64,000 nt of DNA from Promethearchaeota archaeon (GCA_030599585.1 JAUVNS010000004.1:287087-351086); one strand, 5' to 3'. Numbered from the stretch's first letter, positions 49,579 through 60,399 are shown. Notes: generated by a model not told the origin, from the sequence alone. Numbers and translations: made by a program.

Positions 49579-50931
49579 ATGAGCGATACAAACGTATTAC
49601 AAAGAACAGAAAGTTCAAAAGGAAAAAAAATTATATTTGGTTCTCCAAGATTAGGAACATCATTAGTATTAGGGATTGAAGGATTTGCGCTTTTTACTCT
49701 TTATTTCATAGGTTATAATTTAGATCCATTCTTAATAGGGATTGCTTTAGCTATGGGATATTTAAGTATAGCAGCAGGACAATTTTTATTAGGATGGATT
49801 AGTGATGCTAAATATACTAAATTAGGGAGAAGAAAACCTTATCTTATAATTTTTGGGCCATTATTAGGAATTTCTTTTATATTTCTTCTATTACCCGCCC
49901 TGGTTCTTCCAGATATGAACGATAAAAATAGCCTTTTTACTTGGTTATTGATCTGGGATGTTATTTTTCGATTTTGCTATGCGGTCACCACACCTTATCA
50001 AGCATGGATGGCTGAAGTATTTCCAGCATCTGAACGTCCCGAAGTGTCTCAAGTCCAAAACACTTTCAATTTTATTGGGAACGGGTTGATGGCACTCACA
50101 ACCCTACTGGTTTTTACGGATGTTTTTGATAAGGTTGCTGCTAATCCAGATTTGATCCCAATTGAATTTCTATTAATAGTCCTGATATTCGGTATTATAG
50201 CAATAATATTATTTATCGTCATCGTCTTCATTATGCCTACAGAATCAAAATACGAAATTGATTCAAGCTTATGGGAAAATCTAAAAAGTACGGTGAAAAA
50301 CAAAAACTACTTGAAAGTGGTATTAATGCAGGGGATTTCTGGTTTTGCATGGTCGATTATAAGTACAGTGATGCTGACTTATACTGAAGAAGTTTTATCT
50401 TTAACGGGAACTGAATACCTAATTGTAGCGGTTTTCTTTCTTCTGAGTATATTTGCATTTCTATACTTTTGGAGGAAGAGGATAGAAAAATCTGGGAAGA
50501 AGAAGACGCTTTTACTTATTTTTTTAATTGGTGCTATTTTCCTTCCAATAACATTGTTAGGTTTAATTGCTGCTGTACCCTCCTTGATACTTGGCTTAAT
50601 CTTTATAATCGGTATTGGTTTGATCTTAGGTGGTTGGTATTTATTCCCTTACATAATTTATGCAGATCTAGCCGAAGACGACGAAAAAACCACTGGAGAT
50701 CTAAAAGCAGGGATATATTCAGGATTTCCAAGCATAATCCTAAACATTTTCCAAGCTATAGGTGTATTTATCCTTGGAATTATTGTGGGATTACCTGATA
50801 TCACAATTGGAATAACAACATTCTCAATAGGGTTGGTAATTTGGGGTCCAATATGTTCTCTCGTTTTAATCGTATCTTACTTTTATACGAAAAAATTCGT
50901 GGAACTAGACTTTAAATGGGAACAAGAATAA
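49579..50931 (+). CDS. MFS transporter (GPH/MelB-like)
   Basis: About 12 TM; GWISD...TKLGRRKPY, PY.A...E.....ER, GKK, YAD....DE..TG...AG.Y. Confidence 0.92.
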   Translation: MSDTNVLQRTESSKGKKIIFGSPRLGTSLVLGIEGFALFTLYFIGYNLDPFLIGIALAMGYLSIAAGQFLLGWISDAKYTKLGRRKPYLIIFGPLLGISFIFLLLPALVLPDMNDKNSLFTWLLIWDVIFRFCYAVTTPYQAWMAEVFPASERPEVSQVQNTFNFIGNGLMALTTLLVFTDVFDKVAANPDLIPIEFLLIVLIFGIIAIILFIVIVFIMPTESKYEIDSSLWENLKSTVKNKNYLKVVLMQGISGFAWSIISTVMLTYTEEVLSLTGTEYLIVAVFFLLSIFAFLYFWRKRIEKSGKKKTLLLIFLIGAIFLPITLLGLIAAVPSLILGLIFIIGIGLILGGWYLFPYIIYADLAEDDEKTTGDLKAGIYSGFPSIILNIFQAIGVFILGIIVGLPDITIGITTFSIGLVIWGPICSLVLIVSYFYTKKFVELDFKWEQE

Positions 50932-51015
50932 CAGCTTATTCCTCAAATTTTATACCTTTTTTTTTTCTGAAATACCAAAAAAAACTAAAATAATACATTA
51001 TTATTTAATTAGAAT

Positions 51016-52374
51016 ATGACTATTTTTGACAAAGTTATAGAGATTTACCGAGATAAGTATATCTGCTTTCACTGTTTAGGTAGGATGTTTTCCTTATTAG
51101 GAACAGATACTACCAATTACGATAGGGGTAAATCTCTTTTACTCGCGATCACCATGGATAAACACAGTGCGTATTTATCCCAACGAGGCGACCATGATAA
51201 TGCTAGTCAAATATTAAAATTATTAGCAGAAAAAGCAAAGTATATTCCTGCTCAAAGTGTATTAGAAAAGGAGGGTATTGAATATAATAAACCCGATTTT
51301 GCCGAAAAATGTTATTTGTGTCATGATATTTTTAACGAGGTAGATGTTTATGCTAAAAGAGCAGAAGATTACTTAAAAAATGTTGAATTTACTAATTTTC
51401 TCATAGGTAATGCTCTTGACGCGCAAATTGTTAATAATGAAGATATTTTTAAAGCAACCCATAATCTGTTAGAATCTGAATCGTTTAAGAATCATTTTAA
51501 CAGAGAAGTAGGTAAAGAGTTATCTCTAATATTGAATAAACCCGCAGAGTTTAGGATGCCGGATATAACTATTATTTATTCAATAAATTTTGGTTCCTTC
51601 GATATTACATTGCTCTTAAGATCTATTTTTATTTACGGTAGATATAACAAATTTGTTAGAGGAATCCCTCAAACTCATTGGGATTGTAGGTTATGTAGGG
51701 GAAAAGGATGTGAATCGTGTAAATTTACAGGAAAGCAATATCCAACTAGTGTAGAAGAACTTATGAGTCCAAAGTTTGTTAGTGAAGCTAAAGCAGACAG
51801 GTCAAAGTTTCATGGCGCTGGGAGAGAAGATATTGATGTGAAAATGTTAGGGACTGGAAGACCCTTCGTCCTCGAATTAATAAACCCCAAAGTCAGAACT
51901 TTAGATTTGAAAAAAATACAGAATAAAGTAAATAAAAGTAATAAGAGAAAAATCAAGATAAATGATTTACAATATAGTAGTAAGGAACGAGTTAAAAATC
52001 TGAAACTTAGTGCTGAAAACACAAAAAAAGTTTATAATGCCATAGTAATCTCTGAAGAAGCGATTTCAAAAAGTCAATTCGATGTTCTATTAAAAAAATT
52101 GAAGAGTGTTTACGAAAAACAAAATCTCCAACAAAGAACACCAATAAGAGTATCACATCGTCGAGCAGATAAAATAAGAGAAAAAAAAATTTTTCGAGTA
52201 GAAGGCAAATTTATTAAGCCCAATGTTTCAGAATTCATCGTAGAAGCTCAAGGCGGAACATATATTAAAGAACTAATAAGTGGTGATGCTGGAAGAACAA
52301 CACCCTCTTTCTCTGATATATACGGATTCACTTTAGAATGTAAAAAATTAGATGTAATCCAAATCAAAAAATAA
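51016..52374 (+). CDS. pus10: tRNA pseudouridine(54/55) synthase Pus10
   Basis: C..CLGR.F, F..E/H FNREVGK, GRYNK..RGIPQT.W.C..C.G.GC..C, HGAGREDIDV.MLG.GRPF, Q.TP.RV.HRR, GGTYIKELISGD.GRT.PS. Confidence 0.97.
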   Translation: MTIFDKVIEIYRDKYICFHCLGRMFSLLGTDTTNYDRGKSLLLAITMDKHSAYLSQRGDHDNASQILKLLAEKAKYIPAQSVLEKEGIEYNKPDFAEKCYLCHDIFNEVDVYAKRAEDYLKNVEFTNFLIGNALDAQIVNNEDIFKATHNLLESESFKNHFNREVGKELSLILNKPAEFRMPDITIIYSINFGSFDITLLLRSIFIYGRYNKFVRGIPQTHWDCRLCRGKGCESCKFTGKQYPTSVEELMSPKFVSEAKADRSKFHGAGREDIDVKMLGTGRPFVLELINPKVRTLDLKKIQNKVNKSNKRKIKINDLQYSSKERVKNLKLSAENTKKVYNAIVISEEAISKSQFDVLLKKLKSVYEKQNLQQRTPIRVSHRRADKIREKKIFRVEGKFIKPNVSEFIVEAQGGTYIKELISGDAGRTTPSFSDIYGFTLECKKLDVIQIKK

Positions 52375-52449
52375 ATAAATTATGCATCATATATTTTCTA
52401 AAATTGATTATATTTATCAAAACAAATTAAAATAGATTAGGGAATTAAT

Positions 52450-52755
52450 TTGACATTACATAAAGGCTACCGAAACAAGTCTCGTCAAAGGCATCGAAAA
52501 AATGTAAGAGACAGAGGTTTAGGTTCCATTGAGAAATATTTAATTGATTATGAAATAAATGACAAAGTGGACGTTATTACTGATCCTTCTCAGCATAAAA
52601 GAGGTTTCCCTCACAGGAGATATCATGGAAAAACCGGGACCGTTAAGGGTATAAGAGGACGGTGCTACGAAGTTGAAGTTAAAATAGGTAATTCAAAGAA
52701 ACTTCTTATCATTGGCAAAGAACACCTACGAACTAATAAGGGTTCAGCCGAATAA
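52450..52755 (+). CDS. rpl21e: 50S ribosomal protein L21e
   Basis: KGYR.K.R...RK..R.RG, DPS.H...PHRRYHGKTG.V...RG..Y, EHL. Confidence 0.96.
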   Translation: MTLHKGYRNKSRQRHRKNVRDRGLGSIEKYLIDYEINDKVDVITDPSQHKRGFPHRRYHGKTGTVKGIRGRCYEVEVKIGNSKKLLIIGKEHLRTNKGSAE

Positions 52756-52786
52756 AGCGTTTACCAATTTAAAGGGAGAAAAATAT

Positions 52787-53152
52787 ATGTCTGGACGAAA
52801 AATTAGTGAAAAAACTGTTTCTATACCAGAAGTAAAAAAAATCATGGAAGCTGTCAAGGAGAAAATCGAAGAAATTGACAGTGAAGAAGGTCTATCTCAC
52901 TTTCAAGAAATTACTTATAATTACGTTAACAAATTTGCTAAGATGAGTGAAAAAGATGCGATAAAAGTTCAGAAATTGTTAATTGAAAAATACGAAATCG
53001 AAGAAAATTACGCAACAACTGTTGTAAACATTGATCCACATACTGTTCCAGAAATGAGAATGATCTTAGAGAAGAGTTTTACTGGAAAAGCGTTAAATGA
53101 CGAACAACTACAAGATCTTATAGCGCAAATTGAAGAACTTAAATCTTCCTAA
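52787..53152 (+). CDS. rpoF: DNA-directed RNA polymerase subunit Rpo4 (RpoF)
   Basis: EK.VSIPE.K, Q..T..Y...F.K, A...V.I.P....E.R.I; conserved position after rpl21e; ATG 52787 after GGGAG. Confidence 0.88.
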   Translation: MSGRKISEKTVSIPEVKKIMEAVKEKIEEIDSEEGLSHFQEITYNYVNKFAKMSEKDAIKVQKLLIEKYEIEENYATTVVNIDPHTVPEMRMILEKSFTGKALNDEQLQDLIAQIEELKSS

Positions 53153-53306
53153 AAAAAAATTGCTATATATTTTTTTCAAAGCATATTAAACAACGAAGAA
53201 TTTATAAATTCTTATTGTTTTAAATTTTAATGAGCAATCCTTGTTAAAAAAGGAATATATTAAAAATAATATATTATGCATTTCAAGATAGTAAATAATT
53301 ATAAGA

Positions 53307-53972
53307 ATGGTTGGTATGGAAAGGAATCGGGATCGGGATCGATACAGAAGGCCTCCTCAAAGACCCAGATATCAAAGAAGAGAGCCAAGAAAAAAGAAAC
53401 AATTCATCAAAAAGTTTCGAGAACTTGTCATCTTAGATTTATTACTCCATGGTCATCCTGAAGAAGATAAACCAAGCTGGTCAAAAACACCAATTGCTCA
53501 AGTACTTACTTTTCCAGATTTTGTATTATATGAAGTTAAATGCAACAGAGATTCAGATATAAAGATACAAGAAATAGGATTGTATGAAGCCTTTCAGCAA
53601 CAAAACAAGTTGAGGGAAGTTTTAAAAAAGATTAACTATCAAGACCTTACAAATACATCAAAAGCCCTAATTCAGCCTATTCTTGAAAAAGGAATATTAA
53701 ATTACGAAGAGGAATTTATAAACTTCTTTAATAACTCAACTTCCATAACACCCCGAATGCACGCTCTTAAATTATTGCCTGGGATAGGACAGAAACATAT
53801 GTGGGATATACTAGAAAATAGAAACAGACAAAAATTCACTACTTTTCAAGATATATCTGATCGGACAAGCTTATCGCATCCTGCAAAACAACTTGCTTTA
53901 AGAATCATAAAAGAACTGCAACGTGAGGGAATAAAGTACTACTTATTCTCGAAGACTCAAAAATACGAATGA
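53307..53972 (+). CDS. DUF655 family putative nucleic-acid-binding protein
   Basis: ILD.L..G, P.AQ......F.L.E, I.Y.DLT, E..F..FFN....IT.R.H.L.LLPGIG.K.MW.I...R...F..F.D. Confidence 0.9.
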   Translation: MVGMERNRDRDRYRRPPQRPRYQRREPRKKKQFIKKFRELVILDLLLHGHPEEDKPSWSKTPIAQVLTFPDFVLYEVKCNRDSDIKIQEIGLYEAFQQQNKLREVLKKINYQDLTNTSKALIQPILEKGILNYEEEFINFFNNSTSITPRMHALKLLPGIGQKHMWDILENRNRQKFTTFQDISDRTSLSHPAKQLALRIIKELQREGIKYYLFSKTQKYE

Positions 53973-54826
53973 ATGATATGAATAAAAGCGAAGTTCTACT
54001 TATTTTAAAACAATTAGGAATTAGACCAAACAAAGAACTAGGTCAAAACTTTCTCATCAATAAAAATACTGTTTCTAAAATAATCTTAGAATCAAGCATT
54101 AAAACAACTCAAGCAATTTTAGAAATAGGGCCCGGTTTAGGAGCACTGACAGAAGATTTGGTCAAAGAATCAGATCAAATCTATGCTTATGAAATAGATT
54201 CTGTTTTGTTTTCTTATCTTTCAAATAAGTTTTCTAACTATGAAAATTTAAAGCTCTATAACGAAGACATTCTAAAAGCTAAAATTCCTCCGCATGATAT
54301 TATAATTTCAAATATACCCTATTCTATTACAGGTCCTATATTTGAAAAGATTTTTTATAATTCACAGCCTCCTCGTGGTGCTTTAATAATTGAAAATAGT
54401 ATTGCCGAAAGACTTTTTAATAGAAAAAGCTATAAATCGTTTTCAAGAATAACTGTTACCTTTAATGCTTTCATGAAACCAGTGAAAAAATTTAAGATTT
54501 CAAGATTTGATTTTTTTCCCACTCCTAAAATTGAATTGGCTTTAGTTATTGTCGAGCCTAGAAAGGCAATCGATCAATTGTTATTATCAGATGATGGGAG
54601 AACCTTCTTCTTAAGGTTTGTTGCTGGAATAATGCCTTACAAAAATAAAAATATGGTAAATGCTATAAAATATTTCTTAAAAAACGATAAAAATTTTAAT
54701 TATTCAAAGCAACATATCGAAGTTTTTTTGCGTAAAAATCAACTAAAAAACGATAAAGTAGCTCTCTTTAGTGTGGATGAAATCGTTGAATTAAGTAAGA
54801 AATTTTATTCATTCTTAAACAACTAA
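53969..54826 (+). CDS. rsmA: 16S rRNA m6,6A dimethyltransferase KsgA/Dim1
   Basis: K.LGQNFL, LEIGPG.G.LT, EID, SNIPYSI, A.RL, F.P.PK. Confidence 0.94.
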   Translation: MNDMNKSEVLLILKQLGIRPNKELGQNFLINKNTVSKIILESSIKTTQAILEIGPGLGALTEDLVKESDQIYAYEIDSVLFSYLSNKFSNYENLKLYNEDILKAKIPPHDIIISNIPYSITGPIFEKIFYNSQPPRGALIIENSIAERLFNRKSYKSFSRITVTFNAFMKPVKKFKISRFDFFPTPKIELALVIVEPRKAIDQLLLSDDGRTFFLRFVAGIMPYKNKNMVNAIKYFLKNDKNFNYSKQHIEVFLRKNQLKNDKVALFSVDEIVELSKKFYSFLNN

Positions 54827-54839
54827 ATCTCTTCAGACG

Positions 54840-55529
54840 GTGAAAAATATTACATCTTTCTCAGACCCAATTATTCCTTACATTTGTAATGGCGTCTATC
54901 CTCCTTCCGATGATACTTATTTAATTATAGATTACTTTAAAAAAAATGTTAACGAAAATTTCTTTGATGGGTTACCAATCAACAATATTAGAAAGATATT
55001 AGATATGGGAACTGGAACTGGGATAATTGCTTTATTCCTTCAAGAGATTAAAAAAAATTTATCGAAGTTCACTACTGAAATAATTGCCTCAGATATATCA
55101 GATGCAGCTATTAAATGTGCTATGTTAAATGAGAGAATAAATAATTACAAAGATGATATAACTTTTATCAAGTCTGATTTATTTAGAAAATTTCCACCAA
55201 ATCTTCAACACTCGTTCGATATTATTGTTTTCAACCCACCCTATTTACATTCTATTAATTACAAAGAAAACGATCCCATTCGTAGGAGTAATGATTCTAA
55301 TTGGGATGGAGGAGAGCGAGGTTTCGAAGTTTTCCTTGAATTTATAAATCAAGTGAAAGATTTTTTAAATTCAGAACAAAAATATTATATTTATTATATT
55401 AGTTCAAGTTCAACAGATTTAAGTCATTTAAACGCTGAACTAGAAACGCGAGGGTTTCAGAATAGAGTTTTGAATAAAAAGCATATATTTTTCGAAGATA
55501 TAATATTGAATCGATTGGAAGAACTTTAA
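54840..55529 (+). CDS. HemK2/MTQ2-like SAM-dependent (release-factor Gln) methyltransferase
   Basis: VY.P.DDT.L, LD.GTG.G.I, DI...A, SDLF, FNPPY, W.GG..G. Confidence 0.9.
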   Translation: MKNITSFSDPIIPYICNGVYPPSDDTYLIIDYFKKNVNENFFDGLPINNIRKILDMGTGTGIIALFLQEIKKNLSKFTTEIIASDISDAAIKCAMLNERINNYKDDITFIKSDLFRKFPPNLQHSFDIIVFNPPYLHSINYKENDPIRRSNDSNWDGGERGFEVFLEFINQVKDFLNSEQKYYIYYISSSSTDLSHLNAELETRGFQNRVLNKKHIFFEDIILNRLEEL

Positions 55530-55535
55530 AGTTTA

Positions 55536-56819
55536 CTAAAAAGGTCTCCTCGTTCTACGCTTTTCTAACAAAGAAACCCCATGAACTTTCAATGTTCTAG
55601 ATAAACTATTAAACAATAAATCTATCTCTTGAGGTTTAAACACTGCTCTTTTGTGTGCTTCGATTTGTGGTATTGGTAATCCATAAAATTCATTAAGGCT
55701 TGAGATCGGTAGAAGGATTGAAGAAATTAAATCAGCTTTTTCGGAAGCTTCTTTTAAATCACAGCTTTCATCCATAAAAAACTCAATTCTGCATGGTGTA
55801 TCGTAAGCCGCAGTTTTTAAGTAGAAAGCATAAAAATTAAAAGGAAAATAGTATGGAATTTCTTTTTTTATTCCCGTATCTCTTATTTTGTCTACTTCTT
55901 TTTTACAATTGAAAATGCAACTTCTCTCTGTTTGCCGCAATACTCTATTGTATAGATCTAAATCAGAAAAGTAGTCTAAAATCTGACGATAATTAATTTT
56001 TATGAAATCAGATAGATTCGTAACATTAGGTTTTAACATCTGTATGGTCCTTCTTAAGAGATTAGTTAATGCTGAAGTCCGAGTATCTTTTATCGAACCG
56101 ATTAAAATAATTCCCTTCTCAATGCAAGTAGAATATAGTTTTTGATACTCTCTTAACAATTTATCATATCTCTTAGAAATTTCTGAATCTTTAGTAAATA
56201 TCAGATTTATGGGCATAATTACTACTGACCCATCTAAAATAATTAAGTCTACATCGCTCTTCTTTTCGATTAATTTATTTAGGAGATTAATTTCCATAAA
56301 AGTCATATCCATCGAAACCTTCGCTTCTACCGCATTTTCCTCTCGATTCAAATAATTTCCTTGGACATTATAATTATTAAACCCTGTTAAATCAGGAAAG
56401 TACTCAATTCGGGATGATTGGTTATCGTAAAAATAGTACTTCACAGCAATAGCTTTTAAGAAAGAAAAATCTACATTCATGAATTTTTTTACGACAGAGC
56501 TCCCATCAACACTTACAATGTTTAATCCTCTTATGTTAGATGACGAAATTGGCTTTCTAATAAAATTTTCTTTAATATCATAACTTGGATATTTCAACAA
56601 CTCTCCAAAATCCAGACTTTCAAGATTAGCTAAAAGTATTTCTACGAATTTTTTTTTCATTCGTTCGATTCCAATATACTCTTGAGCGAGATTTTTTAAA
56701 TTTGTTAGTAAAATCTGTTCTTTGGTAAAACCGGAGTTAATGGAGCTAGTTGAGCCAAAAGAACTAGAATTCAGATTTATGTTTCTCTGATTTGATGTAT
56801 TATTTCTAACTGTCATCAA
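55536..56819 (-). CDS. nurA: NurA 5'-3' nuclease
   Basis: VSVDGS, M...E, LDGS, G..K, R.E, YG.P.P..EAH..A. Confidence 0.85.
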   Translation of the reverse strand: MMTVRNNTSNQRNINLNSSSFGSTSSINSGFTKEQILLTNLKNLAQEYIGIERMKKKFVEILLANLESLDFGELLKYPSYDIKENFIRKPISSSNIRGLNIVSVDGSSVVKKFMNVDFSFLKAIAVKYYFYDNQSSRIEYFPDLTGFNNYNVQGNYLNREENAVEAKVSMDMTFMEINLLNKLIEKKSDVDLIILDGSVVIMPINLIFTKDSEISKRYDKLLREYQKLYSTCIEKGIILIGSIKDTRTSALTNLLRRTIQMLKPNVTNLSDFIKINYRQILDYFSDLDLYNRVLRQTERSCIFNCKKEVDKIRDTGIKKEIPYYFPFNFYAFYLKTAAYDTPCRIEFFMDESCDLKEASEKADLISSILLPISSLNEFYGLPIPQIEAHKRAVFKPQEIDLLFNSLSRTLKVHGVSLLEKRRTRRPF

Positions 56820-56910
56820 GATTTGAAATGAAGAGAGGTAATTATAATAATGAGGAGAGATTAAAATTAATAATTTTTATAATTAGAATCAGTAGACATT
56901 CACTCTAAAA

Positions 56911-57564
56911 ATGGCTATCAATTTAGGACAAGATCCGAATATATTGATATTAATCTCATTTGCTGAAATATTATTCGTTCTTGTTCCTTCATTAATTGCC
57001 GCAAAAATAGAAAAAACCACCTTCACAGTAGAAGTTAAAAAACTTGGTTTTATCGTAAAAAATCCAAAACTTAAAAATATCATATTAAAGATTTTTGTTG
57101 GGATATTAACTGGAATCTTTTTCTTCTTCATTAGCGATTTATTATTAACTTTTTATATGAGATTTATAATTCAAAATCTGTTTGGAGCGCAATTTATTGA
57201 ATCCGGTATAGGTAATGCGATTTCTACCCAACCTATAAACCCTAATTTTATTCAATTATCACTTCTAATAACGATTCAGATCGCTATTATTGGTCCCTGC
57301 GAAGAGGCGTTTTTCAGAGGGTTTGTCATCAACAAAAGCAAAAAGAAGGTTAAATTAATCTACTCTATCATTCTTTCTTCATTTTTATTCACAATTTATC
57401 ATGTTCCTCCTTTCCTCGTACCTTTAACTACAATCATAACTTTTTTTGGTTATTACTTTACTTTTGGAATTTTATTATCTTTAATTTTTGTCGCGTTTAA
57501 AGGCTCTCTTCTCCCAAGCTCTATTGCTCATTCTAGTTTAAATGTATTACTTCTAATATTTTGA
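56911..57564 (+). CDS. CPBP family intramembrane metalloprotease (type II CAAX/Abi), motifs intact
   Basis: GPCEEAFFRG, F...H, S..AH...N. Confidence 0.92.
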   Translation: MAINLGQDPNILILISFAEILFVLVPSLIAAKIEKTTFTVEVKKLGFIVKNPKLKNIILKIFVGILTGIFFFFISDLLLTFYMRFIIQNLFGAQFIESGIGNAISTQPINPNFIQLSLLITIQIAIIGPCEEAFFRGFVINKSKKKVKLIYSIILSSFLFTIYHVPPFLVPLTTIITFFGYYFTFGILLSLIFVAFKGSLLPSSIAHSSLNVLLLIF

Positions 57565-57732
57565 GGAAAAGAGGTTCATTGCGATAGAAGGTTTAAAAGT
57601 ATTGAAAAATAAATAAAAACATACATTTAAAAAATCATACAAAGATAAATATAATTAAGTCATACCTATCAATATTAAATATTAGAGTACAGTAAAATAA
57701 TTATTACCATTTATCAACAAGGGCTGAGAAAT

Positions 57733-58263
57733 TTGACAGGCTACGATTACACTTGGAAAATAATGATGTTAGGAGACGCGGCTGTTGGCAAGACCTCACT
57801 CACTCTAAGATACATTTCTGGTTTTTTCCTCGACGATCTTAAATTAACTATCGGAGTGGATTTTTATTCAAAAACAACTAATTTTAAAAATAAAAAAGTA
57901 AAACTACAAATATGGGATTTTGGCGGCGAACAAAGATTTAGATTTCTCTTGCATCAATACTGCAAAGGAGCTAACGCTGCATTCTTTTTATATGACATTA
58001 CTAATCGCTTGTCTTTGGATCATTTACCTGATTGGACTCAAATCATACGAGAACATGCTGGAGATATCCCAATTATGTTAATTGGCTCTAAAGTGGATTT
58101 AAAGGAATTTCGAGCAGTTACAAGGGAGGAAGGGATTTTAGCTGCTAAAAAATATAACTTATCTACATTTATAGAATTGTCTTCTAAGACGGGTCAAAAT
58201 GTTGAGAAGTCATTTGATGTAATAACTGAGATTCTTTTTGATAAATATAAACCTAGTTTCTAA
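57733..58263 (+). CDS. Rab-like small GTPase
   Basis: YDY.WKI..LGDAAVGKTSL, TIGVDF..K, KLQIWDFGGE.RFR, SKVD, ELSSKTG.NV...F. Confidence 0.93.
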   Translation: MTGYDYTWKIMMLGDAAVGKTSLTLRYISGFFLDDLKLTIGVDFYSKTTNFKNKKVKLQIWDFGGEQRFRFLLHQYCKGANAAFFLYDITNRLSLDHLPDWTQIIREHAGDIPIMLIGSKVDLKEFRAVTREEGILAAKKYNLSTFIELSSKTGQNVEKSFDVITEILFDKYKPSF

Positions 58264-58323
58264 CTGAGCAAAAAATTTGATACTTTGGTAACCTATTTTC
58301 ATGAAGAGATTAATTAAAATTAA

Positions 58324-60300
58324 TCAATTTATTAGCTGCCAAACTAGCATATTATTCGCACCTCTATTGTTCCATACAAAATAAGGAATTGCGGTAATTT
58401 TACTGCCATCAGAAGCTGTTCCAGTAATGATATTGACACCCCCTAACAAATCTGTTTCGAACTTAACAGTTAATCCTCGATCTTTAGAGATAACTGCTTT
58501 AAAAATATCAATATTTTTATTATCTTTTTGTTCAAAACAATAAATTAATGGACCATTTGATATAGCTACTCGATTTCTGTTTCCCTTGATTCTCGGATCA
58601 CTTTCAACAAATGTTGGCATCATCCTAAAATCTAATTCAATTTCGTCATTATCTAACCAATTTCTTAAAATTTCAACATATTTCCCATTATGTAAATCTT
58701 TACTATATTTTATTCCATTAATTTTTAGATCTGCATCGAAACTCCAACCTGGAATTCTAAGGAATAAAGAAAATTTTTGACTTTTACTTAAATTAAGTTT
58801 AATCTTTACCTCTCCTTTCCATGGGAACCCACTAATTTGACTTATACTAATCAAATTCGAATCTAAGTCGATCTTAATATTATTCCCAATATATTGATGA
58901 ATCCAAATTCCACTTTCCGAAGTGCTGTAAATATAATCACCTAAGGAAGCAATAATTCGAGCTACATTAGGAGGACAGCAGGCACATCGAAACCACTCTC
59001 TTCTTTTGTCCATTCCATGTGAAGTTAATGGATTATCATAAGTGTATTCTTTACCGTTAATGGATTGACCAACCAACATAGCGTTATATAATAATTTTTC
59101 TATCAGGTCTGCATATTTACAGTTGCCGGTTATTTGGAGCATTCTTAGATTCCACATCATATTTCCAATTGCAGCACAAGTTTCAGAATAAGAATCTTCA
59201 TTATTTAAAGAAAAATCTTTTTTAAAACCTTCTGTTCCTTTTTCAGATCCAGTGCCACCAGTAATATACATTCTGGCTTTAACCATTTTCAACCATACTC
59301 TTCGAAGAGCTCTTAGTAAAGTTTTGTCTCCTATTTCAGAATAAAGATCAGCCATTCCACAAAATAAATACATTGCTCTAACTGCGTGCCCAACTGGTTC
59401 GAAAATTTCTCTTACCGGAACATTTGATTGAATGTAGTCTCCGTTCAAGTTTTCTTTGAAGAGTATTAATTGACTTCTTAGTGTAAGATTCGAAGCCCAT
59501 TCTGCCACTTCGCTCTCCTTTTCTTCAATAGCATTCTCCCTCGCTATTGATGAGTGGAATTCGTGGTTTTTCTTTTTTGCTAAACCTAGAATAGAGAGCA
59601 TGTTTATGTACTGATTAACAACATAAGTTTTGAAGTTAGAAATGTTTCCCCTTCGGTTAATAAATTCTTCCGCTAATTTTAAATAATTTGAGTTCTCAGT
59701 GATTCTGTACAACGCGATTAAAGCCATTTCTATTTCTTCGTGACCAGGAACGCCCTTCCTTTTTCCTCCTAAATATCGCGATACTAGCAAATTTGCAAAC
59801 TTGATGGCTACATTTATCATGACTTGGCTTTTAGTAGCATGATGGTGGGATATAGTTGCTTGGATCAAATGACCTGCACAATACAATTCATGCATTAGGT
59901 ATATATTTGTAAACCTCTTTTCTATAAATCTTGTCGAATAGAATGTATTAATATATCCATCTTTAGTTTGAGATTTCTTTATTAAATCAACAACTTCATT
60001 CACTTTTGCTTCTAAACCAGGATCATTATAGATATTAAGGATATAGCATGCTGCTTCAAGCCATTTATATAAATCCGAATCAAAGTAGAATTCTCCTCTT
60101 TGAACTCCTTTTTTAAGACCTGAAGCAACTCTAAAATTATCTATGTGAAAATCTCCCTCTAACATTTGATGTTGATGGTGAATAGATACTTCTCGATTGA
60201 TCTGTTGTCTTTTTGACCAAAAATCATCTTTAATCTTAACTTTTACAAACGAAACAGGTTTGAGCTTATTGAAAGGGCGTTTACTAATGTTAAAAGTCAT
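58324..60300 (-). CDS. Glycoside hydrolase family 127 (beta-L-arabinofuranosidase-like)
   Basis: F.DSD.YKWLEA, HELYC.GH, GH.E.E.AL, GHAVRA.Y, MYITGG.G, Y.ETCA, WF.CACCPPN. Confidence 0.95.
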   Translation of the reverse strand: MTFNISKRPFNKLKPVSFVKVKIKDDFWSKRQQINREVSIHHQHQMLEGDFHIDNFRVASGLKKGVQRGEFYFDSDLYKWLEAACYILNIYNDPGLEAKVNEVVDLIKKSQTKDGYINTFYSTRFIEKRFTNIYLMHELYCAGHLIQATISHHHATKSQVMINVAIKFANLLVSRYLGGKRKGVPGHEEIEMALIALYRITENSNYLKLAEEFINRRGNISNFKTYVVNQYINMLSILGLAKKKNHEFHSSIARENAIEEKESEVAEWASNLTLRSQLILFKENLNGDYIQSNVPVREIFEPVGHAVRAMYLFCGMADLYSEIGDKTLLRALRRVWLKMVKARMYITGGTGSEKGTEGFKKDFSLNNEDSYSETCAAIGNMMWNLRMLQITGNCKYADLIEKLLYNAMLVGQSINGKEYTYDNPLTSHGMDKRREWFRCACCPPNVARIIASLGDYIYSTSESGIWIHQYIGNNIKIDLDSNLISISQISGFPWKGEVKIKLNLSKSQKFSLFLRIPGWSFDADLKINGIKYSKDLHNGKYVEILRNWLDNDEIELDFRMMPTFVESDPRIKGNRNRVAISNGPLIYCFEQKDNKNIDIFKAVISKDRGLTVKFETDLLGGVNIITGTASDGSKITAIPYFVWNNRGANNMLVWQLIN

Positions 60301-60399
60301 CTTTAAAAGAATGTTTTATTTATAAAAATATAGAAAAAATAATTAAGAATAGAAAATAAAATATTTTAATTATTCAATCCAATAAAGTGAAAATAAAAC

